Below are positions 56,741 to 64,000 of a stretch of 64,000 nt of DNA, one piece after another (the first letter of the stretch is position 1; each line of letters begins with the position of its first letter). The DNA lies in assembly GCA_050084515.1 (NCBI GenBank), contig CM114271.1, positions 20,894,001 to 20,958,000 of the forward strand, in the 5' to 3' direction. A program made the position numbers and the translations under genes. The notes beneath the pieces were generated by a model, which saw nothing but the letters and a program-made list of their open reading frames with translations, made no database searches and had not been told where the DNA came from. The DNA comes from Blasia pusilla (Eukaryota).

Positions 56741-57805
56741 AGGAGGGGTAGATGACTTGATCTTTGCATGATATGGATTACAGATGTGCGACTAACGATG
56801 GGGCAACCTAGCACCCAACCTTCTGATTCGTGCACCCACGAAGGTGTATGGCATGTAGTAGATGTATAGGGCTACCTGGGAGTTAGAGGGACCTAACCGC
56901 CAGTAAGGGGGGGGCGAGTTGTGGTACACTTATGTTTGTGGATGCTCTCGTCTATGTTATGTATGTAGGTGAGTATGGTATGTCAACGATGTATGTTGTA
57001 TGACGATGTGGATTCGCCCGAAAGCTATCATGACCATACGGATTATGTCGTAGAGTATGGTGTGCTAGTAGAGGCCATACCTTATGTAGGGCCGTAGTCT
57101 CTAGGTAGAGATGCGGTTTCATACATAGGATTGGGGGTTATTCCGTTGAGGGTGACTTTTCCAGTAGGGCCCACTCTTAGGTTGGAGCATATAGTGTGGA
57201 GTGCACTCAAAGAACTGTTAGTTCTTTGAGTTGAGCCTGTTGCGTTGGGAGTTAGCCTTGGTAGTGAGTAGAGCTCTTGGCTATGGTGGTTCCCGCAAGC
57301 TTTGACCTAGATTCTCCCATCGTGGAGTGGGTTTGGCTTGATTGTAGGTGATTCTATACGTATTTTATGACAATAGATCTTTCATGGATTTCGAGTTGTG
57401 GTACACTTGTGTTTACGAATGCTCTCGTCTATGTTATGTATGTAGGTGAGTATGGTATGTCAGCGATGTATGTTGTATGACGATGTGGATTCGCACGACA
57501 CGGTTTGTTGGGAGGGGACACATGTTTTGAGGGTTTGGGAGGATGGTAGAGTACGCGTAGTGCTGCATCCTTCGCAAAGAACATGACTAGTGCAACATAC
57601 CCATGAGTAGTTGGATCACTTTGGGATGAAGCAGACGTATAACTTGCTCCAGATTCAGTATTGGTGGTGAGGCATGCAGACAGACGTTCAGCTAGTTTGT
57701 TGCTAGGTGCATGGTGTGTGATCGGGTCAGAGACTCCACAGTTGCATCCATAACGGATCATGAGCTTAGGGTATAGATGGAGTTTGGATTTTGCTGGACC
57801 TTTGC

Positions 57806-58826
57806 TGTCGCGACCCTCATAACCAAACAACACCAAATACGCGCCAAGCGAAACATCAAAACTCAAAGGAACTCACGCCGCGAGATTTGCGCTTTGGAGA
57901 GGCGTTTGGAAGAGTCTCTTGGAAAAGCCTAAGAGACGAAACGTGGGACAGAGTTGTGCGTTTCATGTGTTAGTGGTCACAACCAGGAAACCTAGACCAA
58001 ACGCGAGCCGAGACTTGAGATGAGTTGAGTCTTGAGGTTGGTTGCCAAAGAGGTGAGAACCAGTTTGGAACACGACTAGCGTTTGGGAGAATCTGTCTGT
58101 GTTTAGGACCATAACGTTGAGCTCCAAGATGCGTTTGGGACAAGTAAGGGCGCGTTGGAAAGCTGATCTCAAGATGCTTCCAACGCATCAAAGATAGTAG
58201 CAAACGCATAAGTACAGGCTGAGATATTGGCCGAAAACGATTCAAAGAGCAATCGGGTTGAGGGCCAATTGGAGAGGCCAGGTGTCTTTCCTAAATGGGA
58301 GGCCCCGGAGATCCCCAGAAGTACTAGTAAGGGGAGTACCTTCTCTGAGATGTCTCGGGAAACAAACCCCACTTTGGGCGCCAACGGCGTTTTAGAGGCA
58401 CGGATGAAACGGGAGTTTGCGCGAAACCCAAACCCAAACCTGATCCAAGGGAGTGGACTTTGTACGCCACACTTGGATTCCAATCCGAGATTCACTTTGT
58501 GCGAGTCTTGGTGAGGAACTCATTGGATGTTCATCGGACAGTTGGAACCGCTAGGCGCGAAATGCCGTTTCAGGTTCCTGAACCGACCAGAAAGTCTGTC
58601 CCAAGTCTTTCGAGACTTGCCCGTGTTGGAAACCGCGAAACTAGGAAGGATGAGCTTGAAGAGAGAGTCCGAGACGAGAACTCGGAAAGTAATCCCGCTG
58701 ATTGATCCAAGACCCGACTAACCAAAGTGCGTGTTTGGATGCAGATCAGCGTTGAGAGCGTGACCTACTGAACGCACGCTTCCGCAACAAACAAGATTAA
58801 CGTTCAAGGAGAGTAGGCGCACGAAA
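57806..58826 (-). mobile_element. Solo LTR (1021 bp) of another family inserted in the integrase of A, 5-bp TSD TTTGC
   Basis: TTTGC|TGTCGCGACCC...GCGCACGAAA|TTTGC; removing it restores GPLPLTKRHSRYVLVMVEHFSKW. Orientation inferred from the minus-strand end GGGTCGCGACA. Confidence 0.85.
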
Positions 58827-59040
58827 TTTGCCTTTGACAAAGCGTCACAGTCGTTATGTGTTGGTGATGGTCGAGCACTTCTCGAAGTGGATCGAGTTGG
58901 TTGCATTGCCTGACAAAGTGATTGAGGGAATAGCATATGCCTTCCTAGACCGAGTGTTGAGTCATTTCCGCGCACCGGCAGAGGTTTTGACAGACTAGGG
59001 TACCAAGTTTCGTTATGAGTTCCGGGCCAAAATATCTCTT

Positions 59041-62000
59041 ATCGCCCCCCTTGCTGGTGGTTAGGTCCCTCTAACTCTAGATAGCCATCTATCCCTACCT
59101 ACCACGTCCCACTCCCTCAACTGTCCCCACTGCAAGCCATACTTGCGCAATCCTCTCTTCATCGTCTGTACCACTCTCTCCGCGAACCCATCCGCCTCAG
59201 GATGATCTCTGGATGTGGTGTGGTGATCTATCAACGCGTGATCACACAAGGCCTAAAACTCTCCCCTAAACTCAATACCCTGGTCAGTCCACACCTCCGC
59301 CGGTGCACCAAAGTGACTAAGCACACGATCTAGAAACACATAAGCTGTTCCCTTGCTCGCCTTGTCTGGTAGTGCCACCAACTCTATTCACTTGGAGAAA
59401 TGCTCCACCATGACCAACACGTACCTATGATGACGCCCTGTCAATGGCAAAGGTCCCGCAAAGTCTAAACTTCACCGATAACCTAAACCCATAATAGGCA
59501 ACGGATGTAACTGCGGAGTGGGAGCATTGAAGGATGCTTACACTCTGTCACATACCATACATCGGGCCACAAATTGCTGTATCCCAGTATGCATGCCGCA
59601 CCACCAATACTGAACATGGAGTAAGCTGTAAGTACGCTTTATTCCAAAATGTCCCAACTCCTCATGGGCATGTCGCACTACACGTGCTTCTGGGAAGGAT
59701 GAGGTACCACTTATATCCTACCATCTCCCCATACCCACAAAATGTGAGTCCCCTCCCACCTGAACCTCCTGGCTCTCTGTAGGATCCAATCCCGCTCCCT
59801 AGCACTCACTGTACTTGCTATGGCGCCAATGCGCAAGAACTCCACAATCTCCACGTCGTCATGGATATCATGACCACCCATCGCCTCCTCACTATCCTCC
59901 GGATCCAAAGACTCATCATCCAACCTCACTAGTGGAGTCATCACCTGTGGTTGACCTGCCATAATCAACCAACAAAGATAGGCAGATGCATTCCAACCGG
60001 GCACCATCTCCTCATCACTCTCTCCGTGCCATCGAGCTCCGGTGTCGTCTCTCTGACTCGGATATGGGTTACGACTCAGCCCATCCGCATCCTGGTTTAG
60101 CCAACCTGGCCTATGAACCACCTCAAACTCATACTCCTGTAGTAATAGAGCCCACCTGGCAAGCTTTCCCGTAAGCTTGTCGGACTCCATCAACCACCTC
60201 AATGGCTAATGATCAATGATAAGCGTGAAAGGGTTGCCGAATAAATAGCACTTGAAATGTGCCACGGCCCACACTTCAGCCAAGAACTCTCCCTTGTAGG
60301 AGCTCTACTTCACCTCTGCAATGTTGTTCGATCTGCTCGCGTAAGCCACAACGAACTCCCTCTCCTCATCCCCCGAGTAAGCACCGCTCCTAGACCCAAC
60401 ATGCTCCAATCCGTATGTAATCGAATGGGCGACCCCTAACGGTCTCTGTAAAATGGGTGAGGACGTCAACTGTCCTTGAGCTCTGAAATGCTCGCTCCTG
60501 ATCATCTCCCCACAACCAAACCTGATCAAGTCTCGTCAACAAGGTCAAAGACTTTGCGATCGCACTAAAACCCTTGACATACCATCGATAGAAGTTTTCC
60601 AGTCCAAGAAATGCTTAGACTCGACTCACATCTGTAGGACATGGAATCTCCGCAATAGCCTCTACCTTTGTCTGCTGAACGCCTAACCCACTCGGATATA
60701 TGGTGTGTCCCAAGTACTCAATCTGCTCCTGAAAGAATTTGCACTTGCCATGATGTAACTTCAGTCCATGAAACTGCAATCGCCAAAACACCTCCTCCAA
60801 GTGTCGCTCATGCTCCTCAACCCTGGAACTGAAGATAAGAATATCATCTATGTAACATCGTACAAAATCTAAGCCAGCCAAAATCCTATCCATCACTCTT
60901 TGAAACTCTGCAGGCGCGTTCTTCAACCCAAATGGTAAGAACCGCCACTAATACAAGCAATCTCTCCCAAACCGATCTATCCCCCAGAATGCTGTCTTCT
61001 CCCTGGCCTCCAACCTGATAGGAAGCTGATGATAGCCAGCACGGAGATCTAAAGTCTTGAAGATCTTTGCATGCCCTACCGCATCAAAGATCTCCTCAGA
61101 GAGTAGGCATGGCGATCGATCGACCTCGCCAAATGGTCGGTTGATAGGACGGTAATCTCCACACATCCGCCTATCCGTCCAATTGCCATACATATCCTTC
61201 TTCGCCAGCATGACTGTGGCAGATGCATACTCCGCATGTGATAACTCCACAAGTCTTGACTCCTGCTCTGAATCAAGGCCCGCTCCATATCAGAATACGT
61301 GTAGGATCGACAAAAGATCGGCGTATCACTAGCCAACTCAATCCGTATCCCGGGACCCTTCAACGTATCCAAGTCTCTCATACTGAAGGCAAAACAACTG
61401 ACATGCCCTCTGAGAAACCTATGAACTCACCGTCGCTCTCCTCCTATCAACTTGAGACCTATCACAGGCTCCCAAGTCTCCATCATGATCTCACTCGGAG
61501 AGGACGCAACCTCCGGCTTTGGTTGCTATGTAGCAACCCTAGCCACCTCCGCAACAGCCACTCCACTATGACCTCCTACACCATGCTCCACATCCGAAAA
61601 ATGAACATGTGCTTCTCTAGCCGCCTTCGCACTCTCTGCTCAAACGACGTCCCAGGAAGTCCATGGGTGCCTATCTCTCCTCGCTCTTGCCCAGCCAATG
61701 CTTGTAGAGACCTTGTAGGCAGTGGTCCAACTCGTGGACGTGACGGCATGGATGACACTCGCATCCGTCTCTACTCAGCCATACCTAGGCTGACTATCCA
61801 TGTGAGATAGTTGAGGTCCTTCGCCTGCCCCAACACGTGTCTCCGTGATGCCTCAGTCATCCGTGGCACCGCCGTAGAACCGATAGTGAACCCCATGGCG
61901 CGCTCACGCTCATATGCTGTAGGCTCCTCCAATGCGCCGGTCACCTCATCCCAAATCATGTGTGGCCCTCCGTGACGAAAAGCATGGGATGCTGGGAAGC

Positions 62001-64000
62001 TCACCAACGTAGGTAAGGCTGCCCTCAACTCCCCCACCCTATTGGTCATGGCCAACGTTGGTCTATCATCCCGTGTCACCACCTACGATCGACGCCCTGA
62101 GCCCAAAATAGCATCCATTGTGAGATGTGGTGCTCTCTGGACTCCATCGTATGCTCGACTGAGTACCTCTGATGGTATCAGGTTTGTCCACCACAATCGT
62201 GGATGATGAGCACGTGATCCAACTCTCGCCGCATCTAATAACACAGTAGGTCCCAACTAGGACCTCATCTGATACACATTCGTCATTACACGTGCACGAG
62301 TGTCTCCCAACAATGACACGTTCTCCAAGATGTAGGTTGGAGAACATGTCTGACTCTCCTGCAAGTGTTGTACTACTCGTAGCATCTCCCAAAACATCCA
62401 TGAACTCGGATCCTGCAATCCAAATCCTCAGTCAGCTGATGAATGACCCTGACATAGCCATCCAGCAATCACCAAATGAATGGTGCCAACTCTATCCAGA
62501 TCCTGCGCCCCCACCAAAGAGATGTCGGCGGGTAGTGTATGCTGATATCCCCGTACTGCAGATACCGGAAACAACTCAGGGTACCTCTGGACCAATCGCG
62601 CCACGTGACGTAATGATACTCGCCACGCGGTCTCATCTCTCTCCACATAAAGGTACTGATGCACCCTTATGCCCGCCTGCAATACTGCAGCCAATCCGGT
62701 GCGAATCCCTCCGAAGAGATCTAACACCCTAACACCCTTCTCTGGGCACTGCCACACAACGGGTGTGGTGTCCAGTGGGGTCAACGTCTCCACTCCAAGA
62801 GCCCGATCGCCACGTGACTCTCGCTGCTCCGGGATAAAAACATGACTCCACGCCTACCTCACGAGGTCGTCGGCACTCCTCTGTAGCTCTCGAGTCGTAC
62901 CCCACAATGGTGAAGAGGTCTCGCCAACATGGGAAGAGACACCCGCCATGGCTTGTCTCTCCGTGGGACTATCCGCCAGGGACATCCTCCGCATGTGCGT
63001 TCCCCTCCAACAACTCTCCTGGTCCGCTAACACTACCTGTGAAATCCGCCAACGTGGTCATTGACTCGCCTCGTGATCGACCACCTCGTCCCGCAAACTG
63101 CACGGGTAACTGACTCATCTAGCCGATAAGCAACGGTCTCCTCCCACAAGTCTAGGATGAATCCTAGAGGATATAACACTATACTCCCCACCAACACATC
63201 GTACGACTCAGCTGGTGTCGTAATCGCACGTGTGTGCACCATAGCACTATCCGTCGCATGCTCTGGCTGGACTCTCACAACTTTCTCCTGTCGAGTCATA
63301 TACTGCATGGGTGACACGCCCCCAATTGAGTTCCGTATCAGGAAGGGACAAGGCTCAATATCGGCCTTCCGTAACCCCAAGGCTAAACACGCCGCCTTCC
63401 CTAACATCAAGGGTTGCGCTCCCGAATCAAGTAGGACGCGCTGCAGGTGGTATATTGTCCTCGTTGGATTAACCAAGTGAAATACTCCAGCTCGGTTATC
63501 CAGTAACACTACTCCAAATGTCACCACTGCTCACTCTATGGCCGGTCAAGCTAGCATATCTACCAACTTGGCCGCCGCCGCATGCCATGACTATGTGGGG
63601 AACGTCCCGAGCACCGGCTCTGAGGGCAAGTCCACCACATCCTCAACTACCTCTGAACAAGAAGCAATCATCTCTCCACGCTCACACAACGTGGCGGCCA
63701 GCCGGAACACCTCAATTGGTCGCCAACTCTATGGCGGAAAATAGTGGAGTCTGACTCACTCTGGTGGCCACCTCCAACACTATGGTCGACACTGACTCCA
63801 CTCGAGCCGGCGTAGGAGTTGTCACTCCAACTCCTCGTGACGTCGACGTAGGTGCTTGAGCTGTAGGCACCGCTGGTTGTCGAGGCACCATCGATGGTGT
63901 GTGTAGTGCCTCGGACAATGTGAATGACTGTGGAACCCTGGCGTGCCGCCCATCCGTCCTCTCTGGTGGGTCAATCTCAACTCCACCTCTCGGTGCCTCT
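59041..64000 (-). mobile_element. Ty3/Gypsy element C (degenerate PR-DNMT-RT-RH-IN), continues beyond the window
   Basis: VLLDSGAQP (63033-63527 ORF), DNMT 62740-61790, RT CGDYRPIN/YIDD, RNase H, IN AERVVQTMK; PPT AAGGGGGGCGA at about 59042-59052; no 3' LTR. Confidence 0.92.
61790..62740 (-). pseudogene. C5 cytosine methyltransferase (DNMT3-like) domain of element C
   Basis: VRVLDLFGGIRTG (I), YVERD (II), IAGWLCQG (IV, P>L), YILENV (VI), RAHHPRLWWTNL (VIII), ERERAMGF (IX), RRHVLGQA (X). Confidence 0.9.

Larger units (their letters stand above)
47898..57500 (+). mobile_element. Ty3/Gypsy element B, near complete but degenerate: Gag(2xCCHC)-PR-DNMT-RT-RH-IN-PHD
   Basis: TGTCATG...CACGACA ends with TGGT/CGGT flanks; gag about 49600-50800 (CDHCGRPGHPRERC); PR VLLDSGAQP at about 51655; RT YIDD at about 54265; RNase H; IN HHCC plus DF/TDxG/AERVVQ at 55460-55990; PHD 56600-56740; PPT 56905-56914. 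Confidence 0.95.
42200..59028 (+). mobile_element. Ty3/Gypsy element A (degenerate Gag-PR-DNMT-RT-RH-IN), interrupted by element B and a solo LTR
   Basis: Gag 42444-43250 with CCHC-like knuckles at about 43360-43530; protease VLLDSGAQP at about 44475; DNMT 45044-45890; RT CGDYRPIN/LPFGLKNAP/YIDD at 46240-47000; RNase H HTDWS; integrase resumes at 57501-57805 and 58832-59028. 5' boundary not resolved. Confidence 0.9.

Overview
Eukaryotic DNA from a plant; the gene families and long TE-filled introns suggest a non-seed land plant, but the species cannot be determined here. The left 39 kb holds two divergently oriented spliced host genes. One is a 7-exon MINDY-3-type deubiquitinase on the minus strand (18352->6069, about 650 aa). 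The other is an ASR3/SH4-like trihelix transcription factor on the plus strand (29668->38094, about 269 aa). Their long introns and the intergenic space carry decayed LINE, Copia, CACTA and Helitron fragments. The right 24 kb is a nest of three diverged, degenerate Ty3/Gypsy retrotransposons plus two solo LTRs: A (+), B (+, inserted inside A) and C (-). The main result is that all three carry a DNMT3-like C5 cytosine methyltransferase domain between protease and reverse transcriptase. Copy B also has a PHD finger after integrase, giving Gag-PR-DNMT-RT-RH-IN-PHD. Copy B has an X...Y-X-Y split-direct-repeat terminal structure instead of two ordinary LTRs. All calls were made by eye from motifs, splice-phase checks and repeat comparison; no database searches were run.
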